Part shown: positions 42,001 through 58,500 of the stretch, piece after piece | Numbering within the stretch: the first letter of the stretch is position 1 | How the letters are laid out: the number at the start of each line of letters is the position of its first letter | NCBI GenBank assembly: GCA_964016885.1 | Contig: OZ024743.1 | Coordinates: 374,170,001-374,234,000 of the forward strand | Source of the DNA: Eledone cirrhosa | Taxonomy: Eukaryota | DNA length: 64,000 nucleotides | Reading direction: 5' to 3' | Translations under genes and position numbers: made by a program | Notes under the pieces: model-generated | What the model saw: the letters and a program-made list of their open reading frames with translations, nothing else | Databases searched by the model: none | Told to the model about the DNA's origin: nothing

Positions 42001-45000
42001 CGGTACTGCTGACTTACTCTACATGTTTATAGCCAACACTTGTTGCACTTTATGGTGCAGAGAACACGGTACTAATGACTTACTCTACATGTTTATAGCC
42101 AACACTTGTTGCACTTTAGGATGCAGAGAACACGGTACTACTGACTTACTCTACATGTTTATAGCCAAAACTTGTTCCACCTATGTTGCACATAACACAG
42201 TACTACTGACTTACACTACATGTTTATAGCCAACACTTGTTGCACTTTATGGTGCAGAGAATACGGTACTACTGACTTACTCTACATGTTTATAGCCAAC
42301 ACTTGTTGCACTTTATGGTGCAGAGAAGACGGTACTGCTGACTTACTCTACATGTTTATAGCCAACATTTGTTGCACTTTAGGATGCAGAGAACACGGTA
42401 CTGCTGACTTACTCTACATGTTTATAGCCAACACTTGTTGCACTTTATGGTGCAGAGAACACGGTACTACTGACTTACTCTACATGTTTATAGCCAACAC
42501 TTGTTGCACTTTAGGATGTAGAGAACACGGTACTACTGACTTACTCTACATGTTTATAGCCAACACTTGTTGCACTTTATGGTGCAGAGAACACGGTACT
42601 ACTGACTTACTCTACATGTTTATAGCCAACACTTGTTGCACTTTAGGATGCAGAGAACACGGTACTACTGACTTACTCTACATGTTTATAGCCAACACTT
42701 GTTGCACTTTATGGTGCATAGAACAATGTACTGACTTACTCTACATGTTTATAGCCAACACTTGTTGCACTTTATGGTGCAGAGAACACGGTACTGCTGA
42801 CTTACTCTACATGTTTATAGCCAACACTTCTTGCACTTTAGGATGCAGAGAACACGGTACTACTGACTTACTCTACATGTTTATAGCCAACACTTGTTGC
42901 ACTTTAGGATGCAGAGAACACGGTACTACTGACTTACTCTACATGTTTATAGCCAACACTTGTTGCACTTTATGGTGCAGAGAACACGGTACTACTGACT
43001 TACTCTACATGTTTATAGCCAACACTTGTTGCACTTTATGGTGCAGAGAACACGGTACTACTGACTTACTCTACATGTTTATAGCCAACACTTGTTGCAC
43101 TTTAGGATGCAGAGAACACGGTACTACTGACTTACTCTACATGTTTATAGCCAACACTTGTTGCACTTTATGGTGCAGAGAATACGGTACTACTGACTTA
43201 CTCTACATGTTTATAGCCAACACTTGTTGCACTTTATGGTGCAGAGAAGACGGTACTGCTGACTTACTCTACATGTTTATAGCCAACATTTGTTGCACTT
43301 TAGGATGCAGAGAACACGGTACTGCTGACTTACTCTACATGTTTATAGCCAACACTTGTTGCACTTTATGGTGCAGAGAACACGGTACTACTGACTTACT
43401 CTACATGTTTATAGCCAACACTTGTTGCACTTTAGGATGTAGAGAACACGGTACTGCTGACTTACTCTACATGTTTATAGCCAACACTTGTTGCACTTTA
43501 TGGTGCAGAGAACACGGTACTACTGACTTACTCTACATGTTTATAGCCAACACTTGTTGCACTTTAGGATGCAGAGAACACGGTACTACTGATTACTCTA
43601 CATGTTTATAGCCAACACTTGTTGCACTTTATGGTGCATAGAACAATGTACTGACTTACTCTACATGTTTATAGCCAACACTTGTTGCACTTTATGGTGC
43701 AGAGAACACGGTACTGCTGACTTACTCTACATGTTTATAGCCAACACTTCTTGCACTTTAGGATGCAGAGAACACGGTACTACTGACTTACTCTACATGT
43801 TTATAGCCAACACTTGTTGCACTTTAGGATGCAGAGAACACGGTACTACTGACTTACTCTACATGTTTATAGCCAACACTTGTTGCACTTTATGGTGCAG
43901 AGAACACGGTACTACTGACTTACTCTACATGTTTATAGCCAACACTTGTTGCACTTTATGGTGCAGAGAACACGGTACTACTGACTTACTCTACATGTTT
44001 ATAGCCAACACTTGTTGCACTTTATGGTGCAGAGAACACGGTACTACTGACTTACTCTACATGTTTATAGCCAACACTTGTTGCACTTTAGGATGCAGAG
44101 AACACGGTACTACTGACTTACTCTACATGTTTATAGCCAACACTTGTTGCACTTTATGGTGCAGAGAACAAAGTACTACTGACTTACTCTACATGTTTAT
44201 AGCCAACACTTGTTGCACTTTATTGTGCAGAGAACACAGTACTACTGACTTACTCTACATGTTTAAGCCAACACTTGTTGCACTTTAGGATGCAGAGAAC
44301 ACGGCACTACTGACTTACTCTACATGTTTATAGCCAACACTTGTTGCACTTTATGGTGAAGAGAACAAAGTACTACTGACTTACTCTACATGTTTATAGC
44401 CAACACTTTTTGCAATTTATGGTGCAGAGAACAAAGTACTACTGATTTCCCTACATGTTTATAGCCAACAGTTGTTGCACTTTATGGTGCAGAGAACATA
44501 GTACTACTGACTTACTCTACATGTTTATAGCCAACACTTGTTGCACTTTAGGATGCAGAGAACACGGTACTGCTGACTTACTCTACATGTTTATAGCCAA
44601 CACTTGTTGCACTTTAGGATGCAGAGAACACGGTACTACTGACTTACTCTACATGTTTATAGCCAACACTTGTTGCACTTTATGGTGCAGAGAATACGGT
44701 ACTACTGACTTACTCTACATGTTTATAGCCAACACTTGTTGCACTTTATGGTGCAGAGAACAAAGTACTACTGACTTACTCTACATGTTTATAGACAAAA
44801 CTTTTTGCAATTTATGGTGCAGAGAACAAAGTACTACTGACTTACTCTACATGTTTATAGCCAACACTTTTTGCAATTTATGGTGCAGAGAACAAAGTAC
44901 TACTGACTTCGCTACATGTTTATAGCCAACAGTCGTTGCACTTTATGGTGCAGAGAACATAGTACTACTGACTTACTCTACATGTTTATAGCCAACACTT

Positions 45001-48000
45001 GTTGCACTTTATGGTGCAGAGAACAAAGTACTACTGACTTACTCTTCATGTTTATAGCCAACACTTGTTGCACTTTATGGTGTAGAGAACACGGTACTAC
45101 TGCCTTACTCTACATGTTTATAGCCAACACTTGTTGCACTTTATTGTGCAGAGAACAAAGTACTACTGACTTACTGTACATGTTTATAGCCAACACTTGT
45201 TGCACTTTATGGTGCAGAGAACAAAGTACTACTGACTTACTCTACATGTTTGTAGCCAACACTTGTTGCACTTTATGGTGCAGAGAACACGGTACTACTG
45301 ACTTACTCTACATGTTTATAGCCAACACTTGTTGCACTTTAGGATGCAGAGAACACGGTACTACTGACTTACTCTACATGTTTATAGCCAACACTTGTTG
45401 CACTTTATGGTGCAGAGAACACGGTACTGCTGACTTACTCTACATGTTTATAGCCAACACTTTTTGCACTTTAGGATGCAGAGAACACGGTACTGCTGAC
45501 TTACTCTACATGTTTATAGCCAACACTTGTTGCACTTTAGGATGCAGAGAACACGGTACTACTGACTTACTCTACATATTTATAGCCAACACTTGTTGCA
45601 CTTTATGGTGCAGAGAATACGGTACTACTGACTTACTCTACATGTTTATAGCCAACACTTGTTGCACTTTATGGTGCAGAGAACACGGTACTACTGACTT
45701 ACTCTACATGTTTATAGCCAACACTTGTTGCACTTTATGGTGCAGAGAACACGGTACTACTGACTTACTCTACATGTTTATAGCCAACACTTGTTGCACT
45801 TTATGGTGCAGAGAACACGGTACTACTGACTTACTCTACATGTTTATAGCCAACACTTGTTGCACTTTAGGATGCAGAGAACACGGTACTACTGACTTAC
45901 TCTACATGTTTATAGCCAACACTTGTTGCACTTTATGGTGCATAGAACAATGTACTGACTTACTCTACATGTTTATAGCCAACACTTGTTGCACTTTATG
46001 GTGCAGAGAACACGGTACTGCTGACTTACTCTACATGTTTATAGCCAACACTTCTTGCACTTTAGGATGCAGAGAACACGGTACTACTGACTTACTCTAC
46101 ATGTTTATAGCCAACACTTGTTGCACTTTAGGATGCAGAGAACACGGTACTACTGACTTACTCTACATGTTTATAGCCAACACTTGTTGCACTTTATGGT
46201 GCAGAGAACACGGTACTACTGACTTACTCTACATGTTTATAGCCAACACTTGTTGCACTTTATGGTGCAGAGAACACGGTACTACTGACTTACTCTACAT
46301 GTTTATAGCCAACACTTGTTGCACTTTATGGTGCAGAGAACACGGTACTACTGACTTACTCTACATGTTTATAGCCAACACTTGTTGCACTTTAGGATGC
46401 AGAGAACACGGTACTACTGACTTACTCTACATGTTTATAGCCAACACTTGTTGCACTTTATGGTGCAGAGAACAAAGTACTACTGACTTACTCTACATGT
46501 TTATAGCCAACACTTGTTGCACTTTATTGTGCAGAGAACACAGTACTACTGACTTACTCTACATGTTTAAGCCAACACTTGTTGCACTTTAGGATGCAGA
46601 GAACACGGCACTACTGACTTACTCTACATGTTTATAGCCAACACTTGTTGCACTTTATGGTGAAGAGAACAAAGTACTACTGACTTACTCTACATGTTTA
46701 TAGCCAACACTTTTTGCAATTTATGGTGCAGAGAACAAAGTACTACTGATTTCCCTACATGTTTATAGCCAACAGTTGTTGCACTTTATGGTGCAGAGAA
46801 CATAGTACTACTGACTTACTCTACATGTTTATAGCCAACACTTGTTGCACTTTAGGATGCAGAGAACACGGTACTGCTGACTTACTCTACATGTTTATAG
46901 CCAACACTTGTTGCACTTTATTGTGCAGAGAACACGGTACTACTGACTTACTCTACATGTTTATAGCCAACACTTGTTGCACTTTATGGTGCAGAGAATA
47001 CGGTACTACTGACTTACTCTACATGTTTATAGCCAACACTTGTTGCACTTTATGGTGCAGAGAACAAAGTACTACTGACTTACTCTACATGTTTATAGAC
47101 AACACTTTTTGCAATTTATGGTGCAGAGAACAAAGTACTACTGACTTACTCTACATGTTTATAGCCAACACTTTTTGCAATTTATGGTGCAGAGAACAAA
47201 GTACTACTGACTTCGCTACATGTTTATAGCCAACAGTCGTTGCACTTTATGGTGCAGAGAACATAGTACTACTGACTTACTCTACATGTTTATAGCCAAC
47301 ACTTGTTGCACTTTATGGTGCAGAGAACAAAGTACTACTGACTTACTCTTCATGTTTATAGCCAACACTTGTTGCACTTTATGGTGTAGAGAACACGTTA
47401 CTACTGCCTTACTCTACATGTTTATAGCCAACACTTGTTGCACTTTATTGTGCAGAGAACAAAGTACTACTGACTTACTGTACATGTTTATAGCCAACAC
47501 TTGTTGCACTTTATGGTGCAGAGAACAAAGTACTACTGACTTACTCTACATGTTTGTAGCCAACACTTGTTGCACTTTATGGTGCAGAGAACACGGTACT
47601 ACTGACTTACTCTACATGTTTATAGCCAACACTTGTTGCACTTTAGGATGCAGAGAACACGGTACTACTGACTTACTCTACATGTTTATAGCCAACACTT
47701 GTTGCACTTTATGGTGCAGAGAACACGGTACTGCTGACTTACTCTACATGTTTATAGCCAACACTTTTTGCACTTTAGGATGCAGAGAACACGGTACTGC
47801 TGACTTACTCTACATGTTTATAGCCAACACTTGTTGCACTTTAGGATGCAGAGAACACGGTACTACTGACTTACTCTACATATTTATAGCCAACACTTGT
47901 TGCACTTTATGGTGCAGAGAATACGGTACTACTGACTTACTCTACATGTTTATAGCCAACACTTTTTGCAATTTATGGTGCAGAGAACAAAGTACTACTG

Positions 48001-48933
48001 ACTTCCCTACATGTTTATAGCCAACAGTTGTTGCACTTTATGGTGCAGAGAACATAGTACTACTGACTTACTCTACATGTTTATAGCCAACACTTGTTGC
48101 ACTTTATGGTGCAGAGAACAAAGTACTACTAACTTACTCTATATGTTTATAGCCAACACTTGTTGCACTTTATTGTGCAGAGAACAAAGTACTACTGACT
48201 TACTCTACATGTTTATAGCCAACACTTGTTGCACTTTATGGTGCAGAGAACAAAGTACTACTGACTTACTCTACATGTTTATAGCCAACACTTGTTGCAC
48301 TTTATGGTGCAGAGAACACGGTACTACTGACTTACTCTACATGTTTATAGCCAACACTTGTTGCACTTTAGGATGCAGAGAACACGGTACTACTGACTTA
48401 CTCTACATGTTTATAGCCAACACTTGTTGCACTTTAGGATGCAGAGAACACGGTACTGCTGACTTACTCTACATGTTTATAGCCAACACTTGTTGCACTT
48501 TAGGATGCAGAGAACACGGTACTACTGACTTACTCTACATGTTTATAGCCAACACTTGTTGCACTTTATGGTGCAGAGAATACGGTACTACTGACTTACT
48601 CTACATGTTTATAGCCAACACTTGTTGCACTTTATGGTGCAGAGAAGACGGTACTGCTGACTTACTCTACATGTTTATAGCCAACATTTGTTGCACTTTA
48701 GGATGCAGAGAACACGGTACTGCTGACTTACTCTACATGTTTATAGCCAACACTTGTTGCACTTTATGGTGCAGAGAACACGGTACTAATGACTTACTCT
48801 ACATGTTAATAGCCAACACTTGTTGCACTTTAGGATGCAGAGAACACGGTACTACTGACTTACTCTACATGTTTATAGCCAAAACTTGTTCCACCTATGT
48901 TGCACATAACACAGTACTACTGACTTACACTAC
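39060..48933 (+). repeat. Block at about 39.1-42.2 kb repeated at about 45.8-48.9 kb (offset 6714), with a partial third copy at offset 4410
   Basis: ORF pairs 40045/46759, 40506/47220 and 41297/48011 and ORF ends 39878/46592 all differ by 6714. Pairs 40045/44455 and 40506/44916 differ by 4410. Confidence 0.85.
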
Positions 48934-49592
48934 ATGTTTATAGCCAACACTTGTTGCACTTTATGGTGCAGAGAACACGGTACTACTGACTTACTCTACA
49001 TGTTTATAGCCAACACTTGTTGCAATTTATGGTGCAGAGAACACGGTACTGCTGACTTACTCTACATGTTTATAGCCAACACTTTTTGCAATTTATGGTG
49101 CAGAGAACAAAGTACTACTGACTTCCCTACATGTTTATAGCCAACAGTTGTTGCACTTTATGGTGCAGAGAACATAGTACTACTGACTTACTCTACATGT
49201 TTATAGCCAACACTTGTTGCACATTATGGTGCAGAGAACAAAGTACTACTGACTTACTCTTCATGTTTATAGCCAACACTTGTTGCACTTTATGGTGCAG
49301 AGAACACGGTACTACTGCCTTACTCTACATGTTTATAGCCAACACTTGTTGCACTTTATTGTGCAGAGAACAAAGTACTACTGACTTACTCTACATGTTT
49401 ATAGCCAACACTTGTTGCACTTTATGGTGCAGAGAACAAAGTACTACTGACTTACTCTACATGTTTATAGCCAACACTTGTTGCACTTTATGGTGCAGAG
49501 AACACGGTACTACTGACTTACTCTACATGTTTATAGCCAACACTTGTTGCACTTTATGGTGCAGAGAACACGGTACTACTGACTTACTCTAC

Positions 49593-52500
49593 ATGTTTAT
49601 AGCCAACACTTGTTGCACTTTATGGTGCAGAGAAGACGGTACTGCTGACTTACTCTACATGTTTATAGCCAACATTTGTTGCACTTTAGGATGCAGAGAA
49701 CACGGTACTGCTGACTTACTCTACATGTTTATAGCCAACACTTGTTGCACTTTATGGTGCAGAGAACACGGTACTAATGACTTACTCTACATGTTTATAG
49801 CCAACACTTGTTGCACTTTAGGATGCAGAGAACACGGTACTACTGACTTACTCTACATGTTTATAGCCAAAACTTGTTCCACCTATGTTGCACATAACAC
49901 AGTACTACTGACTTACACTACATGTTTATAGCCAACACTTGTTGCACTTTATGGTGCAGAGAACACGGTACTACTGACTTACTCTACATGTTTAGAGCCA
50001 ACACTTGTTGCACTTTATGGTGCAGAGAACACGGTACTACTGACTTACTCTACATGTTTATAGCCAACACTTGTTGCACCTATGTTGCACATAACACAGT
50101 ACTACTGACTTACACTACATGTTTATAGCCAACACTTGTTGCACTTTATGGTGCAGAGAACACGGTACTACTGACTTACTCTACATGTTTATAGCCAACA
50201 CTTGTTGCAATTTATGGTGCAGAGAACACGGTACTGCTGACTTACTCTACATGTTTATAGCCAACACTTTTTGCAATTTATGGTGCAGAGAACAAAGTAC
50301 TACTGACTTCCCTACATGTTTATAGCCAACAGTTGTTGCACTTTATGGTGCAGAGAACATAGTACTACTGACTTACTCTACATGTTTATAGCCAACACTT
50401 GTTGCACATTATGGTGCAGAGAACAAAGTACTACTGACTTACTCTTCATGTTTATAGCCAACACTTGTTGCACTTTATGGTGCAGAGAACACGGTACTAC
50501 TGCCTTACTCTACATGTTTATAGCCAACACTTGTTGCACTTTATTGTGCAGAGAACAAAGTACTACTGACTTACTCTACATGTTTATAGCCAACACTTGT
50601 TGCACTTTATGGTGCAGAGAACACGGTACTACTGACTTACTCTACATGTTTATAGCCAACACTTGTTGCACTTTATGGTGCAGAGAACACGGTACTACTG
50701 ACTTACTCTACATGTTTATAGCCAACACTTGTTGCACTTTATGGTGCAGAGAACACGGTACTACTGACTTACTCTACATGTTTATAGCCAACACTTGTTG
50801 CACTTTAGGATGCAGAGAACACGGTACTACTGACTTACTCTACATGTTTATAGCCAACACTTGTTGCACTTTAAGGTGCAGAGAACAAAGTACTACTGAC
50901 TTACTCTACATGTTTATAGCCAACACTTGTTGCACTTTATGGTGCAGAGAACACGGTACTACTGACTTACTCTACATGTTTATAGCCAACACTTGTTGCA
51001 CTTTAGGATGCAGAGAACACGGTACTACTGACTTACTCTACATGTTTATAGCCAACACTTGTTGCACTTTATGGTGCAGAGAACACGGTACTGCTGACTT
51101 ACTCTACATGTTTATAGCCAACACTTGTTGCACTTTAGGATGCAGAGAACACGGTACTGCTGACTTACTCTACATGTTTATAGCCAACACTTGTTGCACT
51201 TTAGGATGCAGAGAACACGGCACTACTGACTTACTCTACATGTTTATAGCCAACACTTGTTGCACTTTATGGTGCAGAGAATACGGTACTACTGACTTAC
51301 TCTACATGTTTATAGCCAACACTTGTTGCACTTTATGGTGCAGAGAACAAAGTACTACTGACTTACTCTACATGTTTATAGCCAACACATTTTGCAATTT
51401 ATGGTGCAGAGATCAAAGTACTACTGACTTACTCTACATGTTTATAGCCAACACTTTTTGCAATTTATGGTGCAGAGAACAAAGTACTACTGACTTCCCT
51501 ACATGTTTATAGCCAACAGTTGTTGCACTTTATGGTGCAGAGAACATAGTACTACTGACTTACTCTACATGTTTATAGCCAACACTTGTTGCACTTTATG
51601 GTGCAGAGAACAAAGTACTACTGACTTACTCTACATGTTTATAGCCAACACTTGTTGCACTTTATGGTGCAGAGAACAAAGTACTACTGACTTACTCTAC
51701 ATGTTTATAGCCAACACCTGCTGCACTTTATGGTGCAGAGAACACGGTACTACTGACTTACTCTACATGTTTATAGCCAACACTTGTTGCAATTTAGGAT
51801 GCAGAGAACACGGTACTACTGACTTACTCTACATGTTTATAGCCAACACTTGTTGCACTTTAGGATGCAGAGAACACGGTACTGCTGACTTACTCTACAT
51901 GTTTATAGCCAACACTTGTTGCACTTTAGGATGCAGAGAACACGGAACTACTGACTTACTCTACATGTTTATAGCCAACACTTGTTGCACTTTATGGTGC
52001 AGAGAATACGGTACTACTGACTTACTCTACATGTTTATAGCCAACACTTGTTGCACTTTATGGTGCAGAGAAGACGGTACTGCTGACTTACTCTACATGT
52101 TTATAGCCAACATTTGTTGCACTTTAGGATGCAGAGAACACGGTACTGCTGACTTACTCTACATGTTTATAGCCAACACTTGTTGCACTTTATGGTGCAG
52201 AGAACACGGTACTAATGACTTACTCTACATGTTTATAGCCAACACTTGTTGCACTTTAGGATGCAGAGAACACGGTACTACTGACTTACTCTACATGTTT
52301 ATAGCCAAAACTTGTTCCACCTATGTTGCACATAACACAGTACTACTGACTTACACTACATGTTTATAGCCAACACTTGTTGCACTTTATGGTGCAGAGA
52401 ACACGGTACTACTGACTTACTCTACATGTTTATAGCCAACACTTGTTGCACCTATGTTGCACATAACACAGTACTACTGACTTACACTACATGTTTATAG

Positions 52501-55500
52501 CCAACACTTGTTGCACTTTATGGTGCAGAGAACACGGTACTACTGACTTACTCTACATGTTTATAGCCAACACTTGTTGCAATTTATGGTGCAGAGAACA
52601 CGGTACTGCTGACTTACTCTACATGTATATAGCCAACACTTTTTGCAATTTATGGTGCAGAGAACAAAGTACTACTGACTTCCCTACATGTTTATAGCCA
52701 ACAGTTGTTGCACTTTATGGTGCAGAGAACATAGTACTACTGACTTACTCTACATGTTTATAGCCAACACTTGTTGCACATTATGGTGCAGAGAACAAAG
52801 TACTACTGACTTATTCTTCATGTTTATAGCCAACACTTGTTGCACTTTATGGTGCAGAGAACACGGTACTACTGCCTTACTCTACATGTTTATAGCCAAC
52901 ACTTGTTGCACTTTATTGTGGAGAGAACAAAGTACTACTGACTTACTCTACATGTTTATAGCCAACACTTGTTGCACTTTATGGTGCAGAGAACAAAGTA
53001 CTACTGACTTACTCTACATGTTTATAGCCAACACTTGTTGCACTTTATGGTGCAGAGAACACGGTACTACTGACTTACTCTACATGTTTATAGCCAACAC
53101 ATTTTGCAATTTATGGTGCAGAGATCAAAGTACTACTGACTTACTCTACATGTTTATAGCCAACACTTTTTGCAATTTATGGTGCAGAGAACAAAGTACT
53201 ACTGACTTCCCTACATGTTTATAGCCAACAGTTGTTGCACTTTATGGTGCAGAGAACATAGTACTACTGACTTACTCTACATGTTTATAGCCAACACTTG
53301 TTGCACTTTATGGTGCAGAGAACAAAGTACTACTGACTTACTCTACATGTTTATAGCCAACACTTGTTGCACTTTATGGTGCAGAGAACAAAGTACTACT
53401 GACTTACTCTACATGTTTATAGCCAACACTTGTTGCACTTTATGGTACAGAGAACACGGTACTACTGACTTACTCTACATGTTTATAGCCAACACTTGTT
53501 GCAATTTAGGATGCAGAGAACACGGTACTACTGACTTACTCTACATGTTTATAGCCAACACTTGTTGCACTTTAAGATGCAGAGAACACGGTACTGCTGA
53601 CTTACTCTACATGTTTATAGCCAACACTTGTTGCACTTTAGGATGCAGAGAACACGGTACTACTGACTTACTCTACATGTTTATAGCCAACACTTGTTGC
53701 ACTTTATGGTGCAGAGAATACGGTACTACTGACTTACTCTACATGTTTATAGCCAACACTTGTTGCACTTTATGGTGCAGAGAAGACGGTACTGCTGACT
53801 TACTCTACATGTTTATAGCCAACATTTGTTGCACTTTAGGATGCAGAGAACACGGTACTGCTGACTTACTCTACATGTTTATAGCCAACACTTGTTGCAC
53901 TTTATGGTGCAGAGAACACGGTACTAATGACTTACTCTACATGTTTATAGCCAACACTTGTTGCACTTTAGGATGCAGAGAACACGGTACTACTGACTTA
54001 CTCTACATGTTTATAGCCAAAACTTGTTCCACCTATGTTGCACATAACACAGTACTACTGACTTACACTACATGTTTATAGCCAACACTTGTTGCACTTT
54101 ATGGTGCAGAGAACACGGTACTACTGACTTACTCTACATGTTTAGAGCCAACACTTGTTGCACTTTATGGTGCAGAGAACACGGTACTACTGACTTACTC
54201 TACATGTTTATAGCCAACACTTGTTGCACCTATGTTGCACATAACACAGTACTACTGACTTACACTACATGTTTATAGCCAACACTTGTTGCACTTTATG
54301 GTGCAGAGAACACGGTACTACTGACTTACTCTACATGTTTATAGCCAACACTTGTTGCAATTTATGGTGCAGAGAACACGGTACTGCTGACTTACTCTAC
54401 ATGTTTATAGCCAACACTTTTTGCAATTTATGGTGCAGAGAACAAAGTACTACTGACTTCCCTACATGTTTATAGCCAACAGTTGTTGCACTTTATGGTG
54501 CAGAGAACATAGTACTACTGACTTACTCTACATGTTTATAGCCAACACTTGTTGCACATTATGGTGCAGAGAACAAAGTACTACTGACTTACTCTTCATG
54601 TTTATAGCCAACACTTGTTGCACTTTATGGTGCAGAGAACACGGTACTACTGCCTTACTCTACATGTTTATAGCCAACACTTGTTGCACTTTATTGTGCA
54701 GAGAACAAAGTACTACTGACTTACTCTACATGTTTATAGCCAACACTTGTTGCACTTTATGGTGCAGAGAACACGGTACTACTGACTTACTCTACATGTT
54801 TATAGCCAACACTTGTTGCACTTTATGGTGCAGAGAACACGGTACTACTGACTTACTCTACATGTTTATAGCCAACACTTGTTGCACTTTATGGTGCAGA
54901 GAACACGGTACTACTGACTTACTCTACATGTTTATAGCCAACACTTGTTGCACTTTAGGATGCAGAGAACACGGTACTACTGACTTACTCTACATGTTTA
55001 TAGCCAACACTTGTTGCACTTTAAGGTGCAGAGAACAAAGTACTACTGACTTACTCTACATGTTTATAGCCAACACTTGTTGCACTTTATGGTGCAGAGA
55101 ACACGGTACTACTGACTTACTCTACATGTTTATAGCCAACACTTGTTGCACTTTAGGATGCAGAGAACACGGTACTACTGACTTACTCTACATGTTTATA
55201 GCCAACACTTGTTGCACTTTATGGTGCAGAGAACACGGTACTGCTGACTTACTCTACATGTTTATAGCCAACACTTGTTGCACTTTAGGATGCAGAGAAC
55301 ACGGCACTACTGACTTACTCTACATGTTTATAGCCAACACTTGTTGCACTTTATGGTGCAGAGAATACGGTACTACTGACTTACTCTACATGTTTATAGC
55401 CAACACTTGTTGCACTTTATGGTGCAGAGAACAAAGTACTACTGACTTACTCTACATGTTTATAGCCAACACATTTTGCAATTTATGGTGCAGAGATCAA

Positions 55501-58500
55501 AGTACTACTGACTTACTCTACATGTTTATAGCCAACACTTTTTGCAATTTATGGTGCAGAGAACAAAGTACTACTGACTTCCCTACATGTTTATAGCCAA
55601 CAGTTGTTGCACTTTATGGTGCAGAGAACATAGTACTACTGACTTACTCTACATGTTTATAGCCAACACTTGTTGCAATTTATGGTGCAGAGAACAAAGT
55701 ACTACTGACTTACTCTACATGTTTATAGCCAACACTTGTTGCACTTTATGGTGCAGAGAACAAAGTACTACTGACTTACTCTACATGTTTATAGCCAACA
55801 CCTGCTGCACTTTATGGTGCAGAGAACACGGTACTACTGACTTACTCTACATGTTTATAGCCAACACTTGTTGCAATTTAGGATGCAGAGAACACGGTAC
55901 TACTGACTTACTCTACATGTTTATAGCCAACACTTGTTGCACTTTAGGATGCAGAGAACACGGTACTGCTGACTTACTCTACATGTTTATAGCCAACACT
56001 TGTTGCACTTTAGGATGCAGAGAACACGGAACTACTGACTTACTCTACATGTTTATAGCCAACACTTGTTGCACTATATGGTGCAGAGAATACGGTACTA
56101 CTGACTTACTCTACATGTTTATAGCCAACACTTGTTGCACTTTATGGTGCAGAGAAGACGGTACTGCTGACTTACTCTACATGTTTATAGCCAACATTTG
56201 TTGCACTTTAGGATGCAGAGAACACGGTACTGCTGACTTACTCTACATGTTTATAGCCAACACTTGTTGCACTTTATGGTGCAGAGAACACGGTACTAAT
56301 GACTTACTCTACATGTTTATAGCCAACACTTGTTGCACTTTAGGATGCAGAGAACACGGTACTACTGACTTACTCTACATGTTTATAGCCAAAACTTGTT
56401 CCACCTATGTTGCACATAACACAGTACTACTGACTTACACTACATGTTTATAGCCAACACTTGTTGCACTTTATGGTGCAGAGAACACGGTACTACTGAC
56501 TTACTCTACATGTTTATAGCCAACACTTGTTGCACCTATGTTGCACATAACACAGTACTACTGACTTACACTACATGTTTATAGCCAACACTTGTTGCAC
56601 TTTATGGTGCAGAGAACACGGTACTACTGACTTACTCTACATGTTTATAGCCAACACTTGTTGCAATTTATGGTGCAGAGAACACGGTACTGCTGACTTA
56701 CTCTACATGTTTATAGCCAACACTTTTTGCAATTTATGGTGCAGAGAACAAAGTACTACTGACTTCCCTACATGTTTATAGCCAACAGTTGTTGCACTTT
56801 ATGGTGCAGAGAACATAGTACTACTGACTTACTCTACATGTTTATAGCCAACACTTGTTGCACATTATGGTGCAGAGAACAAAGTACTACTGACTTACTC
56901 TTCATGTTTATAGCCAACACTTGTTGCACTTTATGGTGCAGAGAACACGGTACTACTGCCTTACTCTACATGTTTATAGCCAACACTTGTTGCACTTTAT
57001 TGTGGAGAGAACAAAGTACTACTGACTTACTCTACATGTTTATAGCCAACACTTGTTGCACTTTATGGTGCAGAGAACAAAGTACTACTGACTTACTCTA
57101 CATGTTTATAGCCAACACTTGTTGCACTTTATGGTGCAGAGAACACGGTACTACTGACTTACTCTACATGTTTATAGCCAACACATTTTGCAATTTATGG
57201 TGCAGAGATCAAAGTACTACTGACTTACTCTACATGTTTATAGCCAACACTTTTTGCAATTTATGGTGCAGAGAACAAAGTACTACTGACTTCCCTACAT
57301 GTTTATAGCCAACAGTTGTTGCACTTTATGGTGCAGAGAACATAGTACTACTGACTTACTCTACATGTTTATAGCCAACACTTGTTGCACTTTATGGTGC
57401 AGAGAACAAAGTACTACTGACTTACTCTACATGTTTATAGCCAACACTTGTTGCACTTTATGGTGCAGAGAACAAAGTACTACTGACTTACTCTACATGT
57501 TTATAGCCAACACTTGTTGCACTTTATGGTACAGAGAACACGGTACTACTGACTTACTCTACATGTTTATAGCCAACACTTGTTGCAATTTAGGATGCAG
57601 AGAACACGGTACTACTGACTTACTCTACATGTTTATAGCCAACACTTGTTGCACTTTAGGATGCAGAGAACACGGTACTGCTGACTTACTCTACATGTTT
57701 ATAGCCAACACTTGTTGCACTTTAGGATGCAGAGAACACGGTACTACTGACTTACTCTACATGTTTATAGCCAACACTTGTTGCACTTTATGGTGCAGAG
57801 AATACGGTACTACTGACTTACTCTACATGTTTATAGCCAACACTTGTTGCACTTTATGGTGCAGAGAAGACGGTACTGCTGACTTACTCTACATGTTTAT
57901 AGCCAACATTTGTTGCACTTTAGGATGCAGAGAACACGGTACTGCTGACTTACTCTACATGTTTATAGCCAACACTTGTTGCACTTTATGGTGCAGAGAA
58001 CACGGTACTAATGACTTACTCTACATGTTTATAGCCAACACTTGTTGCACTTTAGGATGCAGAGAACACGGTACTACTGACTTACTCTACATGTTTATAG
58101 CCAAAACTTGTTCCACCTATGTTGCACATAACACAGTACTACTGACTTACACTACATGTTTATAGCCAACACTTGTTGCACTTTATGGTGCAGAGAACAC
58201 GGTACTACTGACTTACTCTACATGTTTAGAGCCAACACTTGTTGCACTTTATGGTGCAGAGAACACGGTACTACTGACTTACTCTACATGTTTATAGCCA
58301 ACACTTGTTGCACCTATGTTGCACATAACACAGTACTACTGACTTACACTACATGTTTATAGCCAACACTTGTTGCACTTTATGGTGCAGAGAACACGGT
58401 ACTACTGACTTACTCTACATGTTTATAGCCAACACTTGTTGCAATTTATGGTGCAGAGAACACGGTACTGCTGACTTACTCTACATGTTTATAGCCAACA

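Larger units (their letters stand above)
21093..44718 (+). repeat. About 12.3-kb tandem segmental duplication inside the array (copy 1 about 21093-33399, copy 2 about 33400-44718)
   Basis: Collinear variant order with stepwise offsets: 12307 (21291/33598, 22273/34580), 12175 (23854/36029, 24972/37147, 26159/38334, 27870/40045), 11320 (29186/40506, 29977/41297, 30900/42220) and 11319 (33136/44455). Confidence 0.92.
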
